A DNA stretch of 54,679 nt from a virus (lineage: Duplodnaviria; Caudoviricetes). Under the pieces are notes generated by a model. That model was given only the letters and a program-made list of their open reading frames with translations. It made no database searches and was not told where the DNA came from. The number at the start of each line of letters is the position of its first letter. Within the stretch, counting starts at the first letter, position 1. The translations under genes were made by a program, and so were the position numbers. Of the stretch, positions 43,193 to 52,623 are shown one piece after another. Where the stretch lies: positions 1-54,679 of the IMG/VR virus record IMGVR_UViG_3300030329_003092. One strand, written 5' to 3'.

Positions 43193-45619
43193 TTATCCAC
43201 ACTTTGAGAAACCACAACTGGCACAAACAACGCACCCGTCTTGGTAAACTAGTTCCGCACTTTCACAACATTGTTGTTCCAGCACAACGGAGCCAACTTT
43301 TTCTCCATTTTGAATGTAATTTTTAAGAATTCGAGCAACGCAGCGAGCAAAGCTGAACATGTCACTGTCCTTGTCTTTCTGTAGCTGCTCTACTAGGAAG
43401 CTTGGCTTTGCGCCATGGCGAAGTGATAACGAAATCATTCTTGTGAACGCTGAATTGTTAGGATTGTCGAAAACTTTTACGACGTCTCGAACAACCATTG
43501 CGTCACCGTTGTTGCCGACTCTTAAATTATATTGATTGTTTCTTGTCTTATACTTGACCTTTGTGAGTTCCCCCTTTGTAAAGCTCTTGGGGATCTCGAT
43601 CAAGTTAGATAGCCCGCCAAGAACTTCATAGGGGCGACCCTCTAAGAGGCCCACAAGGACGGTCCACTTCTCGCCTTTAATAGTGGTGTGATGGATATCA
43701 CACTCAAGAAGTTCGGGCCTCTGAGTACCCTCGCTAGCGGCAAAGGAACTCTTGTTTTTCTCGCTATCAGTAACAAGCACTCCTGTCCGACAACCATCAA
43801 CATAGACAGTTATACCCTTCAGCCCAAGCTTCCACCCAAGCAAGTATAGCTCAGAAACAACCTCTGGCTTTGTACCTGCTGGTAAATTAATAGTGGAGCT
43901 TATTGAGTGATCTACGTTTCTTTGAATTGCAGATTGAACCGAAACTCTTCTTTTCCAGTCGATCTTATCGCTCGTTACAAAAAAGTCTGGCAACTCTTTA
44001 TCTGGGTTTAATGTCTTCCACTCGTTAACATTATGGTGAAAGACCTCATACTCAAGCCATTTGTCGCCAAGCTCATCAACGAAGTCTGGTGTTACGTCCA
44101 CTTCATTGTGCGAAAGTTTTCTTCGTCTTTTATAAGAATTCCTAAACACAGGCTCTAGGCCGGAGCTAGTCTGTGATAAAATAGAAACCGAACCTGTTGG
44201 TGCATTGGTGAGAATAGAAATGTTTCTCCTGCCATGAGTTGCCATAAGAGCTTGGATGGTTTCAGGGAGTCTACTAATATAACTATTTTCTTTCTCTAGG
44301 TCCCAATCAAATATTGGGAAAGCGCCTCTTTCCTTTGCCAAGTTAACACTTTCAAGATACGCTGCGTCTCGCAAACAAGAGTAAATTTCTTCAATTACTC
44401 TCTCCGCCTCCTCAGAATCATATCTAAGATTCAGGCGAGCGACGGCATCCGCAAGGCCATGAGTTCCCAGGCCCGTACGTCGACCACTTCTACAGGCGTC
44501 AAGGAGCTTTGTCCACATTTCTTTCTCGTCTTCTGTGTCACAGACAGACAAAATATTCTCTAATTTCTCTACTTCCAGTTCTACCAAGTTGTCAGAAAGT
44601 CTCATTGCAACACTCGCAATGTTCTTAAAGTGTTCAAAGTCAAACTCTGCTTCGCCAGTAAAACTATTCTTTACAAAGTTCTTCAGGTTCACAGAAATTA
44701 ATCTACATGAATCGTATGCAGAGAGAGGAATCTCACCACAAGGGTTGGTTGTCAAAGTCTTGAATCCCTGATCCTTGTAGCAGTGGGCGGGAAGATTGTT
44801 AACTATATTATCCCACATCATCAAGCCGGGCTCGGCTGTGCTTGTAGCAGACTCAACAATCGTATCCCAAAGCTCTCGGGCGTCGATCTCTTTTGTGAAA
44901 GTTGGGTTATCGGAGCCAACTGGGAAATGAAGATTAAAAGTGCTGCCTGTTTCCACTGCTTCCATAAAGTCGTCACTAATTTTTATAGAAACGTTCGCAC
45001 CAGTGACCTTTGTAAGATCCCTCTTCATTGTTGCAAAATTTTCAATGTCCGGGTGGCGTACGTCCATTGTAATCATTAGTGCGCCACGTCGCCCATTTTG
45101 TCCGATCATTCGACAGATATATGAATACAAATCAGCAAATGACCATGCGCCCGTTGTAGAGCCTGCTGAATTGTTAACTGTCGCACCTTCAGGTCTGAGA
45201 TCAGATATATCGATACCTACACCGCAACGCCTTTTAAACAAGTTTGCCAACTCCTTTCCGCTATCCATAATCGAGGATATACTATCTGAAGGTGATTCCA
45301 CGACGACACAGTTAGAAAGTGAAACATTTACATGATTATTTCCAATACCCATCATTGGTGAGCCCTGCGGGACAACATACTTAAAGTTTTTTAGTACCTC
45401 ATAAATTGATTCTTCCGATAGCGCCCTTGGGCCACCGAACTTGTCTTCAATTCTTGCGAACTCTTTCGCTAAACGACGGTGCATATCATCCGGGGTCTCC
45501 TCTAAGAAGCGCCCCTTCTTGTCCTTAAGGGCATATTTTGTGATCCAGACATTAGTTGCCAGATCGTCGCCACCAAAATATTCTAAGGTAGCTTTCTCAA
45601 CGTTCTTTCTCTTAGCCAT
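43193..45619 (-). CDS. nrdJ: class II (B12-dependent) ribonucleotide reductase
   Basis: SLSNC, RRGA, TNPCGEIPL, APTGS.S, SISSTINL, KGITVY.DG.R, C-terminal CxxC; no small subunit nearby. Confidence 0.9.
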   Translation of the reverse strand: MAKRKNVEKATLEYFGGDDLATNVWITKYALKDKKGRFLEETPDDMHRRLAKEFARIEDKFGGPRALSEESIYEVLKNFKYVVPQGSPMMGIGNNHVNVSLSNCVVVESPSDSISSIMDSGKELANLFKRRCGVGIDISDLRPEGATVNNSAGSTTGAWSFADLYSYICRMIGQNGRRGALMITMDVRHPDIENFATMKRDLTKVTGANVSIKISDDFMEAVETGSTFNLHFPVGSDNPTFTKEIDARELWDTIVESATSTAEPGLMMWDNIVNNLPAHCYKDQGFKTLTTNPCGEIPLSAYDSCRLISVNLKNFVKNSFTGEAEFDFEHFKNIASVAMRLSDNLVELEVEKLENILSVCDTEDEKEMWTKLLDACRSGRRTGLGTHGLADAVARLNLRYDSEEAERVIEEIYSCLRDAAYLESVNLAKERGAFPIFDWDLEKENSYISRLPETIQALMATHGRRNISILTNAPTGSVSILSQTSSGLEPVFRNSYKRRRKLSHNEVDVTPDFVDELGDKWLEYEVFHHNVNEWKTLNPDKELPDFFVTSDKIDWKRRVSVQSAIQRNVDHSISSTINLPAGTKPEVVSELYLLGWKLGLKGITVYVDGCRTGVLVTDSEKNKSSFAASEGTQRPELLECDIHHTTIKGEKWTVLVGLLEGRPYEVLGGLSNLIEIPKSFTKGELTKVKYKTRNNQYNLRVGNNGDAMVVRDVVKVFDNPNNSAFTRMISLSLRHGAKPSFLVEQLQKDKDSDMFSFARCVARILKNYIQNGEKVGSVVLEQQCCESAELVYQDGCVVCASCGFSKCG

Positions 45620-46991
45620 TATCTGCTCCTTTTTTAGTAAATTTCTTATACTTCTTCTCTAGTTCTTGTTTATAGTCTTTTGCTGATTTTACCACATTTT
45701 CAACTGGAATTTCATCTAAATGTCTATGAACTTCGATAAAAACATTACTTGTTCTCATTGTTATTGGGAACACTACTCCATCCGGACCATTTCTGTTCTT
45801 CGCAACAAAAATTCGTCCCGAGTCTGTTCTCTTATCTTCCACGGTTCTTGACAGAGTAAAAATAAAATCTGCAACAAAACACTTGTTAAACGCTTCAGAG
45901 ATCGACTCCATTGTGATAACTTCTGCGTTTAAGCCGCTCCTATTTGTTTGTGAGGCTGTCCATATTGGGCAGTCATGTTCTTGAGCAATTGCTCTTAAGT
46001 CTTCGTAGATTGTTTCCAAGTCGTGTCTCTTCTCTTTATATATCACCGTGGGCTTCAAAAGGTCAGCATAATCTACAATTATCATCCCAGGTTTTATGTC
46101 TCTTTGATACAACCTTTCGAGATGATTACGGATTGTTTTTGGCGAAGCAGATTTTGTTGGATACTCTTTAATTATTAATTTACCCTTCACATCTTTAATT
46201 TGCTCATAAATGTCGTCTTTAAAGTTATATGTTTGAGACAAAGGAACTCTTGTGATACAACTATCATACCTTGTGGCTATTACTGTACTCCCCAGTTCAA
46301 GAGTGTAATGCACAACAGTCTCACCTTTCAAAAGAGCTTGGGCTCCCAAGTGCACGAGAGCCATTGATTTACCACTACCTGTGCTGGCGATAGTGACGCC
46401 AAGTTCGCCCTTACCCAATCCTCCTCGACTAATCTCGTCAATGTAATCCCACCCAGTGGTAACTGGGTTTCTACTTTTGATCATAAACCTTTCTTCAAAG
46501 TCATCAATATATTCATACCCAAAGTCATTCTCGGATCCGAGTTTAAGTGCCTCGTTAATAATCTTGGAGATCTCGTCAAACGAAGACTTTTGGATAAGTC
46601 TTGCGCTTTTAATCATGGCTTCTTTAAGCTTTTGCTTCCTACAGAAATCAAGAGCAGTGTGCTTAATATAATCTTCGTCTTCAGGATTCTCGTCAGAACT
46701 CATCACTCTAACGAAAAAGTCTCGTGTTGTCTTTTGCGTTGCTTGGTCCTCCTCATCAAGCTCTGCACGAAGGATTGTGATCATTGCGTCTTTAGAAGGG
46801 TGAATCTTAAACTTCTCTTTGTACTCCATGATCTTTCGAACAAAAACTCGGAGGTGTCTTAGTTCCAGAAAATCAATATCAAGAACCTCCATTATCTGAT
46901 CGCAAAAAGCACGATCTTTGAGAATTAACTCACAAAGCTTTTCTTGAAAGTTCTTGCCAAATTTTGAGAAATTTGCCTGCGTTTCATGCAT
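45612..46991 (-). CDS. replicative DNA helicase (DnaB/T4 gp41-like)
   Basis: ASTGSGKS, TLEL, IKEYP, IIVDYADL, WTASQTNR, KNRNG; start reassigned to MHETQ. Confidence 0.92.
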   Translation of the reverse strand: MHETQANFSKFGKNFQEKLCELILKDRAFCDQIMEVLDIDFLELRHLRVFVRKIMEYKEKFKIHPSKDAMITILRAELDEEDQATQKTTRDFFVRVMSSDENPEDEDYIKHTALDFCRKQKLKEAMIKSARLIQKSSFDEISKIINEALKLGSENDFGYEYIDDFEERFMIKSRNPVTTGWDYIDEISRGGLGKGELGVTIASTGSGKSMALVHLGAQALLKGETVVHYTLELGSTVIATRYDSCITRVPLSQTYNFKDDIYEQIKDVKGKLIIKEYPTKSASPKTIRNHLERLYQRDIKPGMIIVDYADLLKPTVIYKEKRHDLETIYEDLRAIAQEHDCPIWTASQTNRSGLNAEVITMESISEAFNKCFVADFIFTLSRTVEDKRTDSGRIFVAKNRNGPDGVVFPITMRTSNVFIEVHRHLDEIPVENVVKSAKDYKQELEKKYKKFTKKGADNG

Positions 46992-46999
46992 CTTAATAC

Positions 47000-47287
47000 C
47001 TACCAGCACTCAAGCTCAATTTGTTCCCACCAGCAACCATAAGAATCCCAGTACTCGCACCATGTCTCTTCGCAGAGCCACCCATCATAGTCATAATATT
47101 CCCAAATACAGCACTGATCTGGGTAGCAGTACGTTGGGTTTCCCAAATCCCAATATAATTGTTCGACGTTATCACAAACTGGCTCTAACAAATACGGGCC
47201 TGTTGGTTCTGGAACTCCAGTATCTACGACCAAACAGCTTGATAAAAAGACGCCTGTTAAAAATATAAATAAACTTTTTCTTTTCAT
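47000..47287 (-). CDS. putative lipoprotein, Cys/Trp/Tyr-rich
   Basis: Signal peptide with lipobox LSSC; 8 further Cys, many W/Y. Confidence 0.7.
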   Translation of the reverse strand: MKRKSLFIFLTGVFLSSCLVVDTGVPEPTGPYLLEPVCDNVEQLYWDLGNPTYCYPDQCCIWEYYDYDGWLCEETWCEYWDSYGCWWEQIELECW

Positions 47288-47303
47288 TATCTCTCCTTTC
47301 TAG

Positions 47304-47377
47304 TACACCCACCGAGGATTGAACTCGGGACCTTCCGCTTATAAGACGGATGCTCTAACCGACTGAGCTATGGGTGT
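47304..47377 (-). tRNA. tRNA-Ile (anticodon UAU)
   Basis: ACACCCA/TGGGTGT acceptor, GCTC/GAGC D-stem, TCCGT-CT TAT AA-GCGGA anticodon arm, CCGAG-TTCAATC-CTCGG T-arm; followed by CTA, so no encoded CCA. Confidence 0.93.
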
Positions 47378-47386
47378 ATTATTTGT

Positions 47387-47415
47387 ATAGTAGCAAATTT
47401 TCTTCTGTTTGTCAA
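47387..47415 (-). promoter_or_regulatory. sigma70-type promoter for the tRNA
   Basis: TTGACA-17-TACTAT with TG extension. Confidence 0.75.
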
Positions 47416-48446
47416 CAGTTTTCGAAAACAATGTGTTGGCAAACTTGCCACAAGGTAGACCAGTCATAAACCCCGAACCCATCTTCGTTCATCATTCTCA
47501 ACACTTCCGTTTTATTGAATGTGCAGTCAAAATTATAAAGAGCTTGGCGAATGTCGCTTTTTGCTTTGATAGGCAGGTTCGGAACATACAACTGCATAAT
47601 CTTGTAGTTGTCTCTTACTACATTTGCGTGCTCCAAGATATTTGAATATAATTTAAGCTTTGAGTCTAAATTCTCTTTACAAAAATCGAACAAGTCATCA
47701 AGAGTGCATGTTGTGTCTTCTGCCAAAAATGGCATTTTCTTAGCCAAAGTCTTGAGGCCAACTCCCGGCACCCCAGGAAGGTTATCGCTCTTATCTCCTG
47801 CGATTGCACGAGCGAGCGCCATGTTTGTAGGGTGAATGCCAAACTTCTCTACGATCTTGTTTTTATTAAGAATTTCCTTTTGAATCGGCCTCAGAAGAAT
47901 CGTCGTCTCGTCACAAAGTTGAAAGAAATCCTTGTCACTTGAAACAATAACCTTCTGGTGTTGCTTCATTTGCGGCTCTTGTACAATGTGTGCGATAACG
48001 TCATCCGCTTCCACCCCTTCAATCATTACCTGACTTATTGGCATGTTGTTCAAATAAGAAACTAATCTGGTTTGTTGCCAGATCTTATTCTCAAGCTCTT
48101 CATTTTCCGTCAACATACCTTGAATCCCGCGATTTAAACGGATTGGCTTTCGACCGTCTTTATATTCTTTATTGACAATCTTCTTTCTTTTAGATCCGCC
48201 TGGACCATCCCAGGCTACGATAACCATATCGGGCTTGATTTCCCTAACAAGCTTCTGTAGGATCTTTAGGAATCCCTTGACACCGCCAATTGGCTGTCCA
48301 TTTGTCGACATGCTTGGGTCGACAATATAAGCTCGGAAGTAGGCGTTCAACGCATCAACAATAAGGTACCTCTTTGATTTCCTTTCCGGCACCTTTACTT
48401 CTTTACTTTCTTTATACTTTTGAAGTAAACTCTTTGGGTCGCTCAT
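47412..48446 (-). CDS. 5'-3' exonuclease / flap endonuclease (T4 RNase H-like, PolI N-terminal type)
   Basis: LIVDALN, AWDG, EYK.GR, EADDVI, SSDKDF.Q, GDKSDNLPGVPGVG.KT. Confidence 0.92.
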   Translation of the reverse strand: MSDPKSLLQKYKESKEVKVPERKSKRYLIVDALNAYFRAYIVDPSMSTNGQPIGGVKGFLKILQKLVREIKPDMVIVAWDGPGGSKRKKIVNKEYKDGRKPIRLNRGIQGMLTENEELENKIWQQTRLVSYLNNMPISQVMIEGVEADDVIAHIVQEPQMKQHQKVIVSSDKDFFQLCDETTILLRPIQKEILNKNKIVEKFGIHPTNMALARAIAGDKSDNLPGVPGVGLKTLAKKMPFLAEDTTCTLDDLFDFCKENLDSKLKLYSNILEHANVVRDNYKIMQLYVPNLPIKAKSDIRQALYNFDCTFNKTEVLRMMNEDGFGVYDWSTLWQVCQHIVFENC

Positions 48447-48458
48447 AAATAAACCGTT

Positions 48459-48695
48459 CTAAATTTCTAAAAACCATTTTACGTGTGGGACTATTATATC
48501 TAAAAATATTTCATATGTCAAGCTATTTTGTTTTTTTTCTATAGAATCTAGACGGCGGCTCCAAGAGCAATAAAACTTCTTATCATTTATCATCAAGGAT
48601 TCTCTTTGCTGCCCTTCCTCATCCTCAAACCAATATACCTGATAGTTGTTTCCTGGGAACTTTTTTTCTAAAATCTCTATGAAGTGTTCATACAT
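48459..48695 (-). CDS. hypothetical protein
   Basis: Probable start MYEHF behind GGGAG. Confidence 0.55.
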   Translation of the reverse strand: MYEHFIEILEKKFPGNNYQVYWFEDEEGQQRESLMINDKKFYCSWSRRLDSIEKKQNSLTYEIFLDIIVPHVKWFLEI

Positions 48696-49149
48696 TGCTC
48701 TTCTCCCTGGTACCAAATAAATAATCGGCAAAAGGAAAAAGAATACACCAATTACTATCTTGATTCTTTCCCATGTGATGGTCCCAGTGCCAAGGCAGGT
48801 GCTTTTTGCCCCATAAAATATTTGCGTGAGAGTATCTGTGTACCCCATAATATAACGCGGCGTAAGCAACTAATGTAAAAAATATAACAGGGCTGAAAAA
48901 ATATACTGGAATATGAGCGATTAACAAAAGGGATAAGGCGAAAATCTCTTTATAATAGATTTTACTGTCATGATTTTTATCTTTTCGACATGCCTTGTGG
49001 TGTTCTCCCCAATGAAAACTCCAAAAACTTTGCTTGTTCTTACCAATATTGTGTAAGATATATTTATGTATCGCCCACTCATATACGTTGGCAACCAACA
49101 CACTCATAACTATTTGAGCCACAACTGTCAATTTAAAAACATCTTCCAA
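48688..49149 (-). CDS. fatty acid hydroxylase / sterol desaturase family membrane protein
   Basis: His boxes HKYILH, HWGEHH, HRYSH, HWDHH; N(W)..D..FGT; TM segments. Confidence 0.8.
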   Translation of the reverse strand: MEDVFKLTVVAQIVMSVLVANVYEWAIHKYILHNIGKNKQSFWSFHWGEHHKACRKDKNHDSKIYYKEIFALSLLLIAHIPVYFFSPVIFFTLVAYAALYYGVHRYSHANILWGKKHLPWHWDHHMGKNQDSNWCILFPFADYLFGTREKSNV

Positions 49150-49640
49150 TCTGGATGCTGTTCTCTGGAGGGGTACAGCCCATAATAGATATCATAGATT
49201 GGATTTTGCGGTTTATTTAACAACCTCATGTTTGTTTCTGACAGTAGTCTGTTATTCTTTTTGTTGTTGCACGAATAGCACGCAGTGATGCAGTTCTCGT
49301 AATCCGTTGGGCCACCGCGAGATTTAGGGATGACATGATCGATTGTTAGAGAACTTCTTCTAGTCTCTCCACAATACTGGCATGTAAACCGGTCTCTCTT
49401 TTTTATCAATAGTTTGGAAAACTTTAAAGGCCCCTTCCGATAATACCTTACATGATTTTTTAGTCTCAAAGTTGAAGGCAATATTATCTTACCATCAATC
49501 GAACGAATAATGGTGTCTTCCCAGTGGGATACGATATCAACCTTTTCTCTGCTCATTAATCTAAGTGCCCGTTCCCATGTGACAAATCGCAATGCGCGAT
49601 AGTCGGAGTTAAGCAAAAGCACTTTTCGATTGTCAATCAT
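49128..49640 (-). CDS. HNH endonuclease (McrA-like)
   Basis: RD.FTCQYCG, TIDHVIPKSRGG, N...AC..CN..K. Confidence 0.9.
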   Translation of the reverse strand: MIDNRKVLLLNSDYRALRFVTWERALRLMSREKVDIVSHWEDTIIRSIDGKIILPSTLRLKNHVRYYRKGPLKFSKLLIKKRDRFTCQYCGETRRSSLTIDHVIPKSRGGPTDYENCITACYSCNNKKNNRLLSETNMRLLNKPQNPIYDIYYGLYPSREQHPDWKMFLN

Positions 49641-49666
49641 TCTAATATAAATATGTTACTGCGAGC

Positions 49667-50776
49667 CTATTCTTCCTTTTCTATATCATAAAATTCTGTT
49701 GCGTCTCCGTCGCGCTTGTCGAATTTAAGGATGACTTCCTCATCCATAATCTCCAACACTCTGTTACGAAACACCTCTTCTTTGATCTTCTCCTTCCAAC
49801 GAGAAGGTTGGAACTTCTCTGTCGTTCCATTGCCCATGTCCATTGTATACCATGAACCAGAAGAGGTAAGATACTGAGATCCTCTAATAGCTTCGAACCA
49901 ACTCTCTTCGTCTTGAACTCCGATCTCATCTCCCCAAAGAATCTTAAACGTGCACTGTCGACCCTGTGTACCAAAGCGACTCTTCTTGAGTGTCGCCTTG
50001 ACCTCAGAGCCCACACGGAAACCATGGTCGTCCATTACGTAAGAAGCCTTAGATTTGCGCCCTGTGAGCCAAACCCGCAAAGAGTAGGCATAATGCATAG
50101 CTTTGCCTCCCGGCGTCATATAGGGCTCTACAAGCGCCTGAGAGGGGCTTCTAGTAATATTAGTCTTGAGTTGGTTTAAAACCAAGAAGGTTGACTGAGT
50201 ATTGGCGATAGGTACCGTCAGTTTGCTCATACCTTTTGCCAAGATACGAGCCTTCACAGCCATTGACGACTGTGGATTGAAGTCGCCGTCTAGGTCGCTG
50301 ATTGCTGGTGTCAACGCAAGGCTGTCCCAGATGAAAAGCATTTGACTTTCATTGCTGCCCAGTAGGTCTTCAATTGTTTCTAAAACAAACTCAACGCTCT
50401 GAGCCTGTACATAAAGAAGTCTGTCAAGATCACAACCGGCTTTCTGTAAGAAGCCAGGATCGATTGCAGATTCTGAATCAAAATAAATAACGTCAATGCC
50501 CATTTTCTGTGCATTGGCTGCGACTTGTGCGGCCATATAAGATTTACCTGACGCTTCAAGTCCTGCGATTTCTACTACTTTACCCACGGGAATGCCGGCC
50601 AATTGGCCTCGACAAATAATAGAATCCAACCATCGGGATCCCGTAGGGATCCATTCCTTAACCTCTGTAGGGTTTTGCTCAGTTAGATTGTGAGCCACGG
50701 AGATACCAGCCTTCTTATTAATGAGGTTTCTCATATCTCCAATTGACAGTCGCCCTGCCTTTGATTTCTTAGCCAT
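49667..50776 (-). CDS. recA: RecA/UvsX-like recombinase
   Basis: IPTGS..LD, GLEASGKS, DSE.A, WDS, LNQL, TPGGKA..YA.S.R. Confidence 0.92.
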   Translation of the reverse strand: MAKKSKAGRLSIGDMRNLINKKAGISVAHNLTEQNPTEVKEWIPTGSRWLDSIICRGQLAGIPVGKVVEIAGLEASGKSYMAAQVAANAQKMGIDVIYFDSESAIDPGFLQKAGCDLDRLLYVQAQSVEFVLETIEDLLGSNESQMLFIWDSLALTPAISDLDGDFNPQSSMAVKARILAKGMSKLTVPIANTQSTFLVLNQLKTNITRSPSQALVEPYMTPGGKAMHYAYSLRVWLTGRKSKASYVMDDHGFRVGSEVKATLKKSRFGTQGRQCTFKILWGDEIGVQDEESWFEAIRGSQYLTSSGSWYTMDMGNGTTEKFQPSRWKEKIKEEVFRNRVLEIMDEEVILKFDKRDGDATEFYDIEKEE

Positions 50777-50794
50777 AATTTCTCCTTTTTAATT

Positions 50795-50830
50795 AAAAAA
50801 GAAGGGGGGCACCCGGAGCACCCCCCTTCT
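50795..50830 (-). terminator. Rho-independent terminator after the SSB gene
   Basis: Perfect 10-bp stem AGAAGGGGGG/CCCCCCTTCT, 11-nt loop, followed by a U-run on the minus strand. Confidence 0.85.
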
Positions 50831-50844
50831 GTGAGGGCGGGGGA

Positions 50845-51612
50845 TTAACTACCCATTAGATCCTTGAATGCAGAATCTACGTCATTCACTGCGGTGTCGC
50901 CACCGGAGGTCTTTCCACCATACTTCTCTGTTTCGGTTGATTTATTTTCAGCAGAGGAGTTGCTGGAAAGGAAGTTGTCAAGAATTGTCTGCACTTCCTC
51001 TACGCTTTTGCGCTCGAAGAGTCCGTTAAAGTCTGGAATATTATCCATCAACTCTCGACACTTGTCTGGGCCGTCCTCGCACATAGCTGAAGAACGTCGA
51101 CGTGGTGTAATGGTTGTTTGCGGGAACTGTGCTCCTGCTGGCTTACCATATTTAATCACCAAGTCAGTTCCAGTTTCTGGATCCGTAATGTCTCCATACT
51201 CTGGATTTAGAACTAAGTTAAGCAACTCTTCATAAGCGAGTTTGCCATAACCCCAAACACGAACACCCAAATGTTCCTCACCGCGTACAATTACTGGAGA
51301 GAAGAAGCGTTGTCGAGGAAGAAGGCTTTTCGCCATCTTAATACTATCCTCTGTGCCTTCATCGAAAAGTTCACGAATGAAATCGGTGATTGCATCGTCT
51401 TCTCCAAAGTTCTTCTTTGGGCTCAAGAATGGAGGGGAATCCCCTACATTATAATGAAACCAAAAGTCGCGGAACGGGTCGCCGTCAGGACTTGGAACGA
51501 GCCGGATAACCGTCTCCCCTTCCTTTGGCTTCCAGAAAACCTGTGAGTTGTTGCCTCCCCGATTGTTAAGCTCGGTGAGTCGTTTTTGGATCTTGTCCAT
51601 ATTAATAGCCAT
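50845..51612 (-). CDS. single-stranded DNA-binding protein (T4 gp32-like)
   Basis: FWKP..G...IRLVP, WFHY, V.VW.YG, DITDPE.G.D, acidic C-terminal tail; next to the recombinase. Confidence 0.85.
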   Translation of the reverse strand: MAINMDKIQKRLTELNNRGGNNSQVFWKPKEGETVIRLVPSPDGDPFRDFWFHYNVGDSPPFLSPKKNFGEDDAITDFIRELFDEGTEDSIKMAKSLLPRQRFFSPVIVRGEEHLGVRVWGYGKLAYEELLNLVLNPEYGDITDPETGTDLVIKYGKPAGAQFPQTTITPRRRSSAMCEDGPDKCRELMDNIPDFNGLFERKSVEEVQTILDNFLSSNSSAENKSTETEKYGGKTSGGDTAVNDVDSAFKDLMGS

Positions 51613-51680
51613 GTAATTCTCCTTTAAGTTATAGTTGAGATGATACCTTATTCATCCCACTGGTTGTTAATATATTATGT

Positions 51681-51709
51681 ACTATAGCAAACATTAATAT
51701 ATTTGTCAA
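51681..51709 (-). promoter_or_regulatory. sigma70-type promoter (extended -10)
   Basis: TTGACA-17-TATAGT. Confidence 0.85.
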
Positions 51710-52581
51710 GCAAATAATTCATCAATGATTTCAGTATTAGTTTTATATCTTTGGATCACTGGTGTGTTGCAACAAACATACGCATAGTCGTTGTCGTAAC
51801 TTGTTGAATATACACCGTAACTTGTTTTAGTTTCTTCAGTCAAAGAGCTTCTTACTTGTTCTTTAATGTTTGCAAATAACTTTCCGTCTTCCTCAAGACG
51901 GTCTTTATTTATAGCATAATAATACCGCAAATCTTTAATTTTGTAAAGCGGAAAAAACATTTTGTGTTCTCCGGTATCGACGTCTGATATCCCAAAAGTT
52001 GAGATCCTGTGTGTTTCGTGCGGCTCGTGAAAAGTGTTGACCACCGAGTCAATGTGATTGTAGACATTAATCATATGAAAGGTCGAAACTATCATCTCAT
52101 TAAGGCGATCAAAGTACCCGACCACTGGTAGGTCGCCCATAATCTTTTCTACACTCGTATTGTCAACAAGCCACAGTCTTTTAATCGCAGCAGAACGGGC
52201 GTATTCTTGTAGTACGTTGAATACAAGCCACTCCTGCCTCTTCTTTGTTTCTGGTAATAACTGGACGTCTGGTCGGATATATAGTACGCTAACTTCACAA
52301 TGTTTGATATTTTCTAATATCTTCAAAGCTGCGCCAGATATGTCACCACTACCGCCGAGAACAAAAAGAATTTCCCCGGTGCACCCTTTAAAAAAGTTCT
52401 TCATATTGGGACACTCTGATTCATATCTTTCGGGTGTGCTTTGTCGTGGCATGTCAAATATGCCATTCTTTTTCAACCCCTTCAAGCCAACATCAATCTT
52501 GTAAGTTTTATACTGATCGTGCTGTGCAAACTGATCGGTAATATTACAGCCAGCCTGTCCTAATCCGACGATAGTGTCCAT
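51706..52581 (-). CDS. tubulin/FtsZ-family protein (PhuZ/TubZ-like)
   Basis: IVGLGQAGCNI (T1 loop), VLGGSGDISGA (divergent signature), LVDN, LN..I. Confidence 0.75.
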   Translation of the reverse strand: MDTIVGLGQAGCNITDQFAQHDQYKTYKIDVGLKGLKKNGIFDMPRQSTPERYESECPNMKNFFKGCTGEILFVLGGSGDISGAALKILENIKHCEVSVLYIRPDVQLLPETKKRQEWLVFNVLQEYARSAAIKRLWLVDNTSVEKIMGDLPVVGYFDRLNEMIVSTFHMINVYNHIDSVVNTFHEPHETHRISTFGISDVDTGEHKMFFPLYKIKDLRYYYAINKDRLEEDGKLFANIKEQVRSSLTEETKTSYGVYSTSYDNDYAYVCCNTPVIQRYKTNTEIIDELFA

Positions 52582-52623
52582 GCTACTCTTCCACAGTATC
52601 TCTGATTAATTTATTATATACTT

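Noticed and set aside
35873-45619. Inteins or introns in dnaE and nrdJ
   Set aside because: Lengths are ordinary, motifs are contiguous, and no splice or homing motifs are visible.
49128-49640. HNH gene as a mobile homing element or intron
   Set aside because: It does not interrupt a gene and has no flanking repeats; it resembles free-standing McrA-like HNH proteins.
16957-50776. Bacterial chromosome origin, given clpX, groL, dnaE, recA and guaB-like genes
   Set aside because: Single-strand gene packing, gp32- and gp41-like genes, a tail-fibre-like gene, many tiny ORFans and broken operon structure all point to a phage.
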